NCBI GenBank assembly: GCA_049322915.1
Contig: JBMOPW010000034.1
Span: 128,001 to 192,000, forward strand
Source of the DNA: Candidatus Zhuqueibacterota bacterium
GTDB taxonomy: Bacteria > Zhuqueibacterota > Zhuqueibacteria > Thermofontimicrobiales > Thermofontimicrobiaceae
DNA length: 64,000 nt
Reading direction: 5' to 3'
Made by a program: the position numbers and the translations under genes. Below, piece after piece: positions 30,619 to 40,017 of this stretch; the first letter of the stretch is position 1, and each line of letters starts with the position of its first letter. Under the pieces are notes generated by a model. The model did not search any database and had not been told where the DNA came from. It saw only the letters and a list, made by a program, of their open reading frames with translations.

Positions 30619-30981
30619 TGTGTCTTTATTATCTAAAATCGCTAAAATTTCCAGCATGTCGTTTTTTAATTCATTCGCCAAATCCTGTTTCTTCTCATGA
30701 GTTGATGCAGTGTCCACTTGCTGCGCTTTCCTCTGATATAACAGTGCCAGCTTTTGTCGGGCGCCTTCAATAGTATACTTGTCATCATACAGCAGCTTTT
30801 TAATCAGGAAAATCAGCTTAATATCGCTGCGTTTATAAATCCTGTTCCCTGCCCTGTTTTTGGATGGTTTCAGTTCGGGAAATTCAGACTCCCAGAAACG
30901 AAGCACATATTGTTTCAAACCCGTAATCTCTCCGACTTCGCTTATGGAGTAATATAATTTTGTAATGGATTTACTTTTCAT
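30595..30981 (-). CDS. MerR-family transcriptional regulator
   Basis: KLYYSISEV..YVLRFWESEF..L.P.KNRAGNRIY..YTIEGA. Confidence 0.9.
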   Translation of the reverse strand: MKSKSITKLYYSISEVGEITGLKQYVLRFWESEFPELKPSKNRAGNRIYKRSDIKLIFLIKKLLYDDKYTIEGARQKLALLYQRKAQQVDTASTHEKKQDLANELKNDMLEILAILDNKDTRGVAQSG

Positions 30982-31054
30982 GTTGCTGAAACCCAGCAAT
31001 TTTTCGATGACAGTAGTATATAATGAATTTTAAGAAAAGATGCAATATTTTTTT

Positions 31055-31825
31055 TCAGTTTCTTAGCTGGTTATACCATATCGTTCCGCGTGAGCAGTAA
31101 CTAATGATCGCTTGTTTGAGGTGTTCGAGCGAAGAGTCGTTTAACTTTTGCTTTAAGCTTCTGATGCCATCAATGGCATAAACCCCATGGCGTCTGAGTG
31201 TGTAATTGTGATGCATACTTTCGATATTATTGCGCCTGGTTAAAACGCAGCCACCGGAATATCCGGCTCGTTTCACGCAATCCACCACCCGAGCATTATA
31301 ACGATTGAATGGATAAGAGATAAAATGAACTGGCTTTGAAATTTTCGTTGCAATCATCTCCTTTGAGGATATCACTTCATGCAGCACTTCATGCTTCGTA
31401 AGCCGCGTCAGATCGCGATGCGTGGCAGTATGAGAAGCTACCTCCCAACCTTTCCGGGATAACTCTTGCAGATGTTCCCATGTCATGTGTCGCGATTTCT
31501 TCTGACCCAAACTGTAATCCCAGGTGTTCAACCTGCCGACAAAATCCGAAATGACAAAAATGGTTGCTGTGAAACCAACTTCGGATAGAATCGGGAATGC
31601 ATTGGTGTACACCGACTCATCCGCATCGTCAAATGTAATAACAATGGGGCGTCGTTTGTTGTCAGTATTGACACCTTGAAAAAGATGATCATAAAGCGAA
31701 ATTGAATAATAATGGTGTTCTAAAAGATAACTCATCTGTTTCTTGAACGCGTTCACAGGAACACTGTTGATTCCCAATTCGAATCGATTATCGACTTTAT
31801 GATAAGCTAAAATAGGTACCGACAA
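31055..31825 (-). CDS. Polysaccharide deacetylase
   Basis: PILAYH, ITFDDA, SHTATH, SYPF. Confidence 0.85.
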   Translation of the reverse strand: MSVPILAYHKVDNRFELGINSVPVNAFKKQMSYLLEHHYYSISLYDHLFQGVNTDNKRRPIVITFDDADESVYTNAFPILSEVGFTATIFVISDFVGRLNTWDYSLGQKKSRHMTWEHLQELSRKGWEVASHTATHRDLTRLTKHEVLHEVISSKEMIATKISKPVHFISYPFNRYNARVVDCVKRAGYSGGCVLTRRNNIESMHHNYTLRRHGVYAIDGIRSLKQKLNDSSLEHLKQAIISYCSRGTIWYNQLRN

Positions 31826-31864
31826 ACCAACGACACCCCAAATTCGTTTTTGAGTAATCCGAAA

Positions 31865-32980
31865 TTACTTAATCACTTTTTCTAACGGCATATATTCCAG
31901 ATCAAACGCTTCGGCCACGTGGTCATAAACGACTTTTCCGTCGATCACATTCACGCCGAGTGCGATTTCCTTGTTTGTTTTAATAGCTTCGACATATCCT
32001 TTCGACGCTATTTCAACAGCATAGGGCAGCGTGACATTTGTCAGCGCAATTGTCGATGTTTTGGGAACTGCGCCTGGCATGTTGGCAACGCCGTAATGAA
32101 TAATGCCATCGACTTCGTATGTCGGTTCCGCATGGGTTGTCGCATGAATCGTTTCCACGCAGCCACCTTGATCGACAGCCACATCGACGATCACCGAGCC
32201 TTTTTTCATCATCTTCAGCATATCCCGCGTGATGAGGTGCGGAGCTTTGGCACCCGGAATCAGCACGGCGCCAACCACCAGATCGGCGTCGCGAATTTGA
32301 TCGCGAACGTTGGCCGGCGTGGACATGATGGTTGTGACGTTCAACGGCAGCACGTGATTCAAATATCTCAAGCGATCGATATTGATATCCAGAATGACCA
32401 CATTGGCGCCCAGTCCGGCTGCCATTTGGGCTGCGTTTGTACCGACAATACCGCCGCCAATGATGACAACTTTCGCTGGGGCAACGCCAGTGACGCCGCC
32501 CAATAAAATGCCATGACCACCAAACGTTTTCTCCAGGCAACGCGCGCCGGCCTGAATAGCAAGACGTCCGGCAACTTCACTCATCGGATTCAACAACGGC
32601 AAGCTTCTATCAGCCTTTTCAATGGTTTCGTACGCGATGGCAATACATTTGGACTTAATGATGCCTTCAGTCAATTCTTTCGAAGCGGCAAAATGGAAAT
32701 AGGTGAAAATGATCTGGCCTTTTTTGATCATGGCTATTTCTTGCGGCTGCGGCTCTTTTACTTTCATAATCATATCTGATTTTTCAAACACTTCTTTTGC
32801 AGTTGCGACGATCTCCGCCCCGGCTTTGATATAAGCTTCGTTTTCAAAACCGCTACCAAGACCAGCATTCTTTTCGACTAGAACTTTGTGTCCGTGGTGT
32901 TTCAGAATTTCAGCACCGGAAGGTTGTAGTGCTACACGATTCTCATTCGCCTTAATTTCCTTAGGAACTCCAATGATCAT
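31865..32980 (-). CDS. ald: Alanine dehydrogenase
   Basis: IGVPKEIKANENRV, PMSEVAGR, DVAVDQGGC, VANMPGAVP. Confidence 0.95.
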   Translation of the reverse strand: MIIGVPKEIKANENRVALQPSGAEILKHHGHKVLVEKNAGLGSGFENEAYIKAGAEIVATAKEVFEKSDMIMKVKEPQPQEIAMIKKGQIIFTYFHFAASKELTEGIIKSKCIAIAYETIEKADRSLPLLNPMSEVAGRLAIQAGARCLEKTFGGHGILLGGVTGVAPAKVVIIGGGIVGTNAAQMAAGLGANVVILDINIDRLRYLNHVLPLNVTTIMSTPANVRDQIRDADLVVGAVLIPGAKAPHLITRDMLKMMKKGSVIVDVAVDQGGCVETIHATTHAEPTYEVDGIIHYGVANMPGAVPKTSTIALTNVTLPYAVEIASKGYVEAIKTNKEIALGVNVIDGKVVYDHVAEAFDLEYMPLEKVIK

Positions 32981-33034
32981 TTAAGATCCCTCCTATTTTA
33001 GGTTTATTTTAGAATTAAAGTGGTGAATCAAGAG

Positions 33035-34270
33035 TTATGATTCTGGATTTAGATATGTAAGGTAGAACTTGTCATCTTTAAAAAGATTTTCTGATATCTG
33101 CCGAACCTGTTCAGCGGTGATGGCGTTGATATTGCGAATGACATCTTCATACGAATTGAAATGGTCCAGATACATTTGCATCTCAGCCAACCGATTCATG
33201 CGGGTGAAGGTGTTCTCCAGACTGAGAATGAAACTCCCCTTCAACTGTTGCTTGATTTTTATCAGTTCATCTTCGGTTATTTTATCATTAAAAAGGGTAA
33301 TAAATTCCCGCTTGATCAAATCGATCGCCTTGTTAAAGCTTTCTTTATCGGTCTCAAGATAAACGCCAAACACCCCGGTATCAAAAAACAAATCATTAAA
33401 ACTGAAAACTGTATAGGCTAATCCGTGCTCCTCGCGTATTTTCTGAAAAAGCCGGGAACTCATTCCTCCGCCCAGGAGCATATGAACCACCATAAGCGGA
33501 TAACGTTGTGGGCTGTTATATTGAATGCCCCGAGTTCCCATGCAGATATGGGCTTGCGAGCAGGCATAATCGATTTTATGATGATGTGCAGAACCCAACT
33601 TCGCCGGCAGGAACCGACGCGCCGAATTTTTCCCGATATTTCGAAATGCACGGGATACAAGATCGACCAATTCCTGGTGATTCACATTTCCAGATGCGGT
33701 GATGAGCATACGGTCGGATGTGTAATTATTATCGACAAAGTCAATCAGTTCATCACGCGAAAAATTCTTTACATTTTCCAGCGTGCCATATATATTGTAA
33801 CCCAGCGGGTGCTTTTCAAAAATATCATTGTAGAAAAACTCAAATATCACCTCTTCGGGAGTATCCTGATAATGATAAATTTCCTGCTGAATGACATCTT
33901 TTTCTTTGGCTATTTCCGCTTCTTCGAACAGTGAATTCTGAATGATATCGGATAGAACATCAACGGCCAAAGGAAGATGCTCATCTAAAAAATGAGCGGA
34001 ATAACACGTCACCTCTTTGGCCGTGAATGCATCCAGACTACCTCCGACATATTCCATGCTCTCAGCGATTTGTTTCGTGGTACGGTTAACTGTGCCCTTA
34101 AAAAGTATGTGTTCAACGAAATGAGAAATTCCATTGTTCGACTCACTTTCGTCGCGCGCACCCACCTGCACCCAGACGCCAAGAGCAATTGATTTTATCC
34201 CCGATATCTTCTCGGTGATGATTTTCAAACCATTCGGAAGTTCGGTCTTCTGGAAATTAAATTCTAACAT
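33035..34270 (-). CDS. M16-family zinc peptidase
   Basis: HFVEHILFKGT; GGGMSSRLFQ.IRE; usual position after pnp. Confidence 0.9.
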   Translation of the reverse strand: MLEFNFQKTELPNGLKIITEKISGIKSIALGVWVQVGARDESESNNGISHFVEHILFKGTVNRTTKQIAESMEYVGGSLDAFTAKEVTCYSAHFLDEHLPLAVDVLSDIIQNSLFEEAEIAKEKDVIQQEIYHYQDTPEEVIFEFFYNDIFEKHPLGYNIYGTLENVKNFSRDELIDFVDNNYTSDRMLITASGNVNHQELVDLVSRAFRNIGKNSARRFLPAKLGSAHHHKIDYACSQAHICMGTRGIQYNSPQRYPLMVVHMLLGGGMSSRLFQKIREEHGLAYTVFSFNDLFFDTGVFGVYLETDKESFNKAIDLIKREFITLFNDKITEDELIKIKQQLKGSFILSLENTFTRMNRLAEMQMYLDHFNSYEDVIRNINAITAEQVRQISENLFKDDKFYLTYLNPES

Positions 34271-34330
34271 AATTTTTCAATATATTAGTCAACGCAAGTA
34301 ACAATTCAGGGATGGCCATCATTTCCTGGA

Positions 34331-36418
34331 CTACTTTGTTTTGCCTTCAAGCAGGACTTTTCGGCTCAGGTCAAGTTTACCCTGTTCATCGACTTTCAGC
34401 AACTTCACTTCAACCTCATCTCCAACTTTAAGTACATCTTCGACTCGATTGACGCGCGTCAGTTCGATCTGAGAGATATGAAGTAATCCTTCTTTTCCCG
34501 GCAGGATTTCGACAAAGGCGCCAAAGTTCATAATCTTTTTTACTTTACCTTTGTAAATTTTCCCAACTTCGGGCTGCTCGACAATGGCCTCGATCATTCG
34601 TTTTGCGCGCTCGCCATTCTCAGGATTGACAGATGCAATCGTCACGATGCCTTCATCGCTGATGTCAATAGCAGTCTCGGTTTTCTCGATGATGTCGCGG
34701 ATGTTTTTGCCACCCGGACCGATGATCATTCCGATGAACTCCACATCTACCCTCAGGGACAGAATTCGCGGTGCATAGCTCGAAAGCTCGGCGCGAGGTT
34801 TGCCCAGAGTTTCATTCATGAGGCCGAGAATATGGAGTCTGCCTGTTTTTGCCTGCTCCAGCGCTTCGCGAAGGATGTCAAGAGAAATTCCCTTGATTTT
34901 AATATCCATCTGAAACGACGTAATTCCATTGGCGGTACCGGCAACCTTGAAATCCATATCACCCAGGTGATCTTCATCGCCAAGAATATCGCTCAAAATG
35001 ACGTACCGATCGTCTTCTTTCACAAGTCCCATGGCAATTCCGGACACTGCATCTTTCGTGGGAACGCCGGCATCCATGAGCGACAATGAACTGGCGCAGA
35101 CAGTGGCCATGGACGAAGAACCGTTCGATTCCAGCACATCGGAGACGACGCGGATGGTGTAAGGGAAAACTGTATCAATGGGAATCACATTTTTGATCGC
35201 ACGCTCGGCCAGATTGCCGTGACCGATTTCGCGACGACTCGTTCCGCGCATGGGTTTCACTTCGCCCACGCTGAACGGCGGGAAGTTATAATGCAGCATA
35301 TAGCTCTTGAAAAATTCACCTTCCAATTCATCCATTCGCTGCTCGTCCATTTTTGTGCCGAGCGTTGTAACGGCCAGCGCCTGAGTTTGTCCCCGCGTGA
35401 ACAGGGCTGAACCATGGGTTCGCGGCAATAAGCCCACTTCGCAGGTGATGGGCCGAATTTCTTGCGGCGTTCGTCCATCCAGCCGTTTGTTTTTCTCAAG
35501 AATCATGGCGCGGACCAGTTTTTTCTCGGTCTCCTCAATTTCCTGGCGAATAACAGAGCCAGCATCAGGATACGTTTCCTCGTTTGCAGCTAACAGTTCA
35601 TCATAGAGCTCGGCTATCGCATTACCCCGTTCGGCTTTGTCGGTGATTTTGATGATTTCATGGATTCGCGATTGAATGACCGGTCGAATCTCGTCGTACA
35701 GGGCTTCGTCGATTTCTTTAACGATCACTTCTTTCTTGGCGCGGCCGCATTCTTTTACAAGCTCGTTCACCATTGCGATGATTTGCTTGATGTGGGTATG
35801 GCCGAATTCAAGCGCTTCGATCATGGTGTTCTCGGAAATTTCGCGAGCCTCGCCTTCGACCATCAGAATCGACTCTTCATTTCCGGCGATGACCAACTCG
35901 ACGCTACTTTCGTCGACTTCCGCAAATGTGGGGTTCACAATGAACTCGCCATCGATTAATCCAACGCGCACAGCCGCCACAGCGCCCAGAAATGGGATAT
36001 CCGAAATAGCTAGTGCTGTCGAAGCGCCGATTAGGCCGAGCACATCCGGGTCATTCTCTTTATCCGCCGATAGAACAGATACAATGATCTGCACTTCATT
36101 TCTATACCCATCGGGAAACAGGGGGCGAATTGGCCGATCGATAATTCGCGCGCTGAGAATTTCGTTGTCACTGGGTCGGCCTTCTCGTTTAATATAACCG
36201 CCAGGAATTTTTCCAGCAGCGTAGGCCTTTTCACGATATTCCACACTCAGCGGAAAAAAATCGGAATGCTGTGCCGGTTTCCTCGTAGCCACAGCTGTGG
36301 CCAGAACAACTGTATCGCCATATTGAACGACCGTTGCGCCGTTCGCCTGTTTTGCAACCTTCCCCGTTTCAATTGAAAGGGTCTTTCCGTTTAATGTCAA
36401 TTCTTTTTTATAAATCAT
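34331..36418 (-). CDS. pnp: Polyribonucleotide nucleotidyltransferase
   Basis: RTHGSALFTRGQTQ, RREIGHG, ESNGSSSMA, GDMDFKVAG; KH and S1 domains. Confidence 0.97.
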   Translation of the reverse strand: MIYKKELTLNGKTLSIETGKVAKQANGATVVQYGDTVVLATAVATRKPAQHSDFFPLSVEYREKAYAAGKIPGGYIKREGRPSDNEILSARIIDRPIRPLFPDGYRNEVQIIVSVLSADKENDPDVLGLIGASTALAISDIPFLGAVAAVRVGLIDGEFIVNPTFAEVDESSVELVIAGNEESILMVEGEAREISENTMIEALEFGHTHIKQIIAMVNELVKECGRAKKEVIVKEIDEALYDEIRPVIQSRIHEIIKITDKAERGNAIAELYDELLAANEETYPDAGSVIRQEIEETEKKLVRAMILEKNKRLDGRTPQEIRPITCEVGLLPRTHGSALFTRGQTQALAVTTLGTKMDEQRMDELEGEFFKSYMLHYNFPPFSVGEVKPMRGTSRREIGHGNLAERAIKNVIPIDTVFPYTIRVVSDVLESNGSSSMATVCASSLSLMDAGVPTKDAVSGIAMGLVKEDDRYVILSDILGDEDHLGDMDFKVAGTANGITSFQMDIKIKGISLDILREALEQAKTGRLHILGLMNETLGKPRAELSSYAPRILSLRVDVEFIGMIIGPGGKNIRDIIEKTETAIDISDEGIVTIASVNPENGERAKRMIEAIVEQPEVGKIYKGKVKKIMNFGAFVEILPGKEGLLHISQIELTRVNRVEDVLKVGDEVEVKLLKVDEQGKLDLSRKVLLEGKTK

Positions 36419-36538
36419 GAATTCACGTCCTTAAGTTTGCTGATTCATTACATGTTTCAAACTGAATAAACTCATCTGAATCGATAACAAGTTTATTTTC
36501 AATAGTTAGTTTTTATGTGTATATATTATTTGTTGTCT

Positions 36539-37401
36539 GGTCATGCATCAGAATATCACCCGATGATTGAACCGCACACAACCCTGTGAATACGGTTTTC
36601 GTTATGATCAAAGTGTCTTTGGGGGCATTGAGGCCATAAACGCTGAACAGTGGCTCTGGTGGTTGTTTCGAATAATTGCATGAAGTAGTCCTATCCTTTG
36701 CACCGGATAAATACTTACCCGGCGCTGAAATTCCTTCCTCAAAGTGACGCCAGAGAATGTGAGAAAAATTACGACCAGTACTGCCTGGTTGAGAGGGAAG
36801 GACTGCATTAAAAAAGTCTCAGGGCACATCCCTTTCGGGGGAGTGTCGCTGTAATTTCATCCATAAATCTCATGTCCGATGCTGAATCTCATCGGGAACC
36901 CCAGCACACCTCGCATTGTGGGGTAGTTTCTTTTTCTGACAATGCCGAAAGTCCGTGTTTACTCGCCTGAACATTTTGCGGCGAACGGAAATCCTTTCAT
37001 GGCGCAGCTACATTGAGGTGACTCCCTCTTCCAGCCTGGTTCAGTAATCCTGAACTTCATCTCTCAGGGGTCAATGCTTTGATCGACGTAAGAAGCGCTA
37101 CTGGAGAAAAGAGTCATCTCAATTTTCTATGATGGATTTTCAGTAAGTGACCAGATTATTCCGATCAATCGGTAAATTCAAGATGATCATTAATTAGCCA
37201 GCCTGACTGTTCCATTTGAGGCGGATAAAAAGGCCAAATTCACACACTATTTCTTTACCGGGCCTTGAGCTAATTCACCCGGCATCGTCATAGTTTAACC
37301 GCCTGACGCATTCCGAAGTCGCACGAAATTCGTTCGACCTGGAAAAATTATCTTATCATTCCTGAATCTTCATGAATAACAAATTTTTCGGTCATGCATC
37401 A
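36539..37401 (+). ncRNA. Candidate large structured non-coding RNA or RNA-based element, unassigned family, bounded by a 12-bp direct repeat
   Basis: No credible ORF; many hairpins and long-range helices, with G-U pairs mostly on the plus strand; GGTCATGCATCA at 36539 and 37390. Confidence 0.55.
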
Positions 37402-37418
37402 ACCCGCTGTATTTCTGG

Positions 37419-37688
37419 CTACCGACGAATTCCAAGTTGCTCGATGAGATTGCGGTACCCATTTAAATCCGTATTTTGCAGGTATCGCAACAGTCGTCGT
37501 CGCTGACCAACGAGTTGCAGCAAGCCCCGCCGGGAATGATGATCTTTGGGATTCACTTTGCAATGCTCGGATAGCTCGGTGATTCGTTTCGTCAAAAGAG
37601 CAACCTGACTTTTGGTGTTGCCAGAATCCATTTCATTGTTACCAAATTTTTTGAAGATTTCAATCTTGTTTTCTTTTGTGAGTGGCAT
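37419..37688 (-). CDS. rpsO: 30S ribosomal protein S15
   Basis: QVALLT.RI..L.EH...KDHHSRRGLL.LVGQRRRLL.YL. Confidence 0.97.
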   Translation of the reverse strand: MPLTKENKIEIFKKFGNNEMDSGNTKSQVALLTKRITELSEHCKVNPKDHHSRRGLLQLVGQRRRLLRYLQNTDLNGYRNLIEQLGIRR

Positions 37689-37707
37689 TTGCATCTCCTC
37701 ATTAGCA

Positions 37708-38640
37708 TTAATTATTCAGTAATTCTAAAGTCTGTTTTTTATCAAGTTCTATTTGTGCAATCAATTTTTCGGCGCCTTCGAATTTCAAATCATCCCGAAT
37801 TCGATTCTTCAATTCGATCGTAATGGATTCACCATAGATATCTTCGTCAAAATCAAAAATGTACATTTCGATCGATACCTGATGATTTGAAAACGTGGGC
37901 CTGGTTCCGATGTATAAAACTCCGCGTAGTTTCCGCTGCCCCAGATAGGCCCATGCAGCATAGATACCGCTTTTCGGGATGAGCTTTTCTTCTGACCACG
38001 GTAAAATATTCGCTGTCGGGACGCGCATGGTTCGGCCTCTTCCCTCTCCGTGTATCACTTTCCCTGAGATCTGGTAATTCCGCCCCATGTACTGGGCCGC
38101 GGTTTCAATATCGCCGTTCAAAATCAATTTTCTGATCTGCGTGCTGCTGATGACGACATCCCCAGATCGAAACGGCAGAACCGCAGAAATCTGGTAATTG
38201 AACCGATGGCGCAACTGCTCCAGCACCTGTTGGTTTCCGTCACGATTTTTTCCAAACGCGTGATCGTATCCAATGATGATGTATTTGAAACCGATTTTGG
38301 CGATCAGAATTTTTTCGATGAATTCCAAAGAACTTAGTTGTGAAAATTCCGGAGTGAATGGGATCACAATCAAGCGATCGATACCAAGTTTCTCAAGAAT
38401 TGCAATTTTTTCATCGATCAATGTCAGCAGTTTGAGCCCATTTGTTCGCTTCGGCTGAATGACAAACTGAGGATGCGGTTCGAAAGTCACAATGGTTGTG
38501 CAACACCCATACTCTTCCGCTTTCTCTTTCAGCGTTCGAATGATAGATTGATGACCTAAATGCACTCCGTCGAATGTGCCAATAGTAATGACACAATTAC
38601 TATTCTGTTGCAGCGAACCTAAATCGTTGAATATTTCCAT
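37708..38640 (-). CDS. ribF: Riboflavin kinase/FAD synthetase
   Basis: GTFDGVHLGHQ, ISST.IR, PTAN, GTRPT. Confidence 0.95.
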   Translation of the reverse strand: MEIFNDLGSLQQNSNCVITIGTFDGVHLGHQSIIRTLKEKAEEYGCCTTIVTFEPHPQFVIQPKRTNGLKLLTLIDEKIAILEKLGIDRLIVIPFTPEFSQLSSLEFIEKILIAKIGFKYIIIGYDHAFGKNRDGNQQVLEQLRHRFNYQISAVLPFRSGDVVISSTQIRKLILNGDIETAAQYMGRNYQISGKVIHGEGRGRTMRVPTANILPWSEEKLIPKSGIYAAWAYLGQRKLRGVLYIGTRPTFSNHQVSIEMYIFDFDEDIYGESITIELKNRIRDDLKFEGAEKLIAQIELDKKQTLELLNN

Positions 38641-38663
38641 GCCAGATTAACAAACCGCCAATA

Positions 38664-39353
38664 TCATTCTTGATGATTTTCTAATAATTGTTTGAATCGC
38701 TCCAGATCAATTGAATCTTCGATGCAATAATCCCCAATCCTGGTTCGCACCAGCGACTGAAGATGAGCGCCACAGCCCAAATCATTCCCGATGTCCCGCG
38801 CCAGAGCGCGAATGTACGTTCCCTTGGAGCACTTCACGCAGATCGTGATTAGATTTTCATGAAACGAGATCAGGTCGATCGATTCGATGTGCACCTGTTT
38901 GGGAACACGGTCGATGATGCGCCCTTTCCGCGCCAGATGATACAACCTCTCCCCTGCCACTTTTTTGGCGGAAAACATGGGAGGTATCTGTAGCACATCC
39001 CCGACGAATTTTTCCAGCGATTGGACAATGTCATTGCCGGACAGTTGAGGCACTGCGGCATTTCTGACGATTGCCCCGGTGGCATCATCCGTTTCAGTCT
39101 GAATTCCCAGCCGGAGAATCCCAATATATTCTTTGGGCAACGACATCAATTCAGATACCTGTTTGGTCGCCTTACCGGTGCAGAGAAGCAACACCCCTTC
39201 TGCAAAAGGATCCAACGTGCCGGCATGCCCGACCTTGGTCTGAATTAAATAATGAATTTTTCTTACATACCAGAACGAACTTTTCCCCACCGGTTTATGG
39301 AAATTGACAATGGCGCCGGCAGCAAAATCGTATTCAGTGTGAAGCCATTTCAT
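38664..39353 (-). CDS. truB: tRNA pseudouridine(55) synthase
   Basis: KVGHAGTLDPFAEGVL, CSKGTYIRALARD. Confidence 0.95.
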   Translation of the reverse strand: MKWLHTEYDFAAGAIVNFHKPVGKSSFWYVRKIHYLIQTKVGHAGTLDPFAEGVLLLCTGKATKQVSELMSLPKEYIGILRLGIQTETDDATGAIVRNAAVPQLSGNDIVQSLEKFVGDVLQIPPMFSAKKVAGERLYHLARKGRIIDRVPKQVHIESIDLISFHENLITICVKCSKGTYIRALARDIGNDLGCGAHLQSLVRTRIGDYCIEDSIDLERFKQLLENHQE

Positions 39354-39703
39354 TCAGTGGGACTTTTTTTAATTTGTTCTAATAGTGAATCGATATGTGC
39401 GGCATAATCCAGCCCTGAATCGTAATAAAACAACAGGTCAGGGACGTAGCGCAATTCCATCAGGCTCCCAATTTCAGCTCGTAAAAACTTCTTCGCGTTT
39501 TCCAATCCTTCTTTCGCGTGAACTTTATCTTCCTCGGTTCCAAGTGCGCGATAGTAAATTTTGGCAATCTTCAAATCGTCCGACACTATGACCGAGGTAA
39601 TCGAGACATTTTTGATACGCGGATCCCGCATCTTCAACGAAATAATTTCGCTGAGTATTCTTTTCAACTGCTCAGAAACGCGTAATGATCGTTTTACTTT
39701 CAT
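39350..39703 (-). CDS. rbfA: Ribosome-binding factor A
   Basis: DPR..V.DDLK.AK; LRYVP.L.F..D; synteny. Confidence 0.95.
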   Translation of the reverse strand: MKVKRSLRVSEQLKRILSEIISLKMRDPRIKNVSITSVIVSDDLKIAKIYYRALGTEEDKVHAKEGLENAKKFLRAEIGSLMELRYVPDLLFYYDSGLDYAAHIDSLLEQIKKSPTE

Positions 39704-39714
39704 GATTCCAGTTC

Positions 39715-39996
39715 TTACAATATTTCAATCGAAACGTCAACCACCTCAACTCTAAAATCATTCTCGATAAAGCTGATGATTTTGTTCAGGGTGCTGTCGA
39801 CGATCTTTTTATCGTTGGAAACAGTCGCCACGCCGAGCGTCGATCGCTGCCATTTATCATTATTCTCTACTTCAGCGATGGAGACATTGAACTTATTCTG
39901 TATCTTTGTCTTCAGACTTTTCAGCACAAATCGCTTGGCTTTCAGCGATTCGCTTTCAGGGATGAATAATTCAATCTGGCAGATACCGACGAACAT
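39715..39996 (-). CDS. DUF503 (YlxP) protein
   Basis: SLKAKR..KFNVSIAEV..D.WQR; synteny. Confidence 0.9.
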   Translation of the reverse strand: MFVGICQIELFIPESESLKAKRFVLKSLKTKIQNKFNVSIAEVENNDKWQRSTLGVATVSNDKKIVDSTLNKIISFIENDFRVEVVDVSIEIL

Positions 39997-40017
39997 ACCG
40001 CATCCGGCGTTTGATGA

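Noticed and set aside
36608..36829. 73-aa minus-strand ORF inside the structured element
   Set aside because: Short, no recognisable motif, covers a quarter of the segment and overlaps base-paired helices
36879..36960. GCTGAATC..GGGAACC..GGGGT (c-di-AMP riboswitch-like) and GAAAGTCC (RNase P-like) words
   Set aside because: The remaining conserved blocks (GCTAAC 3' block; RNase P P4 3' strand) are absent
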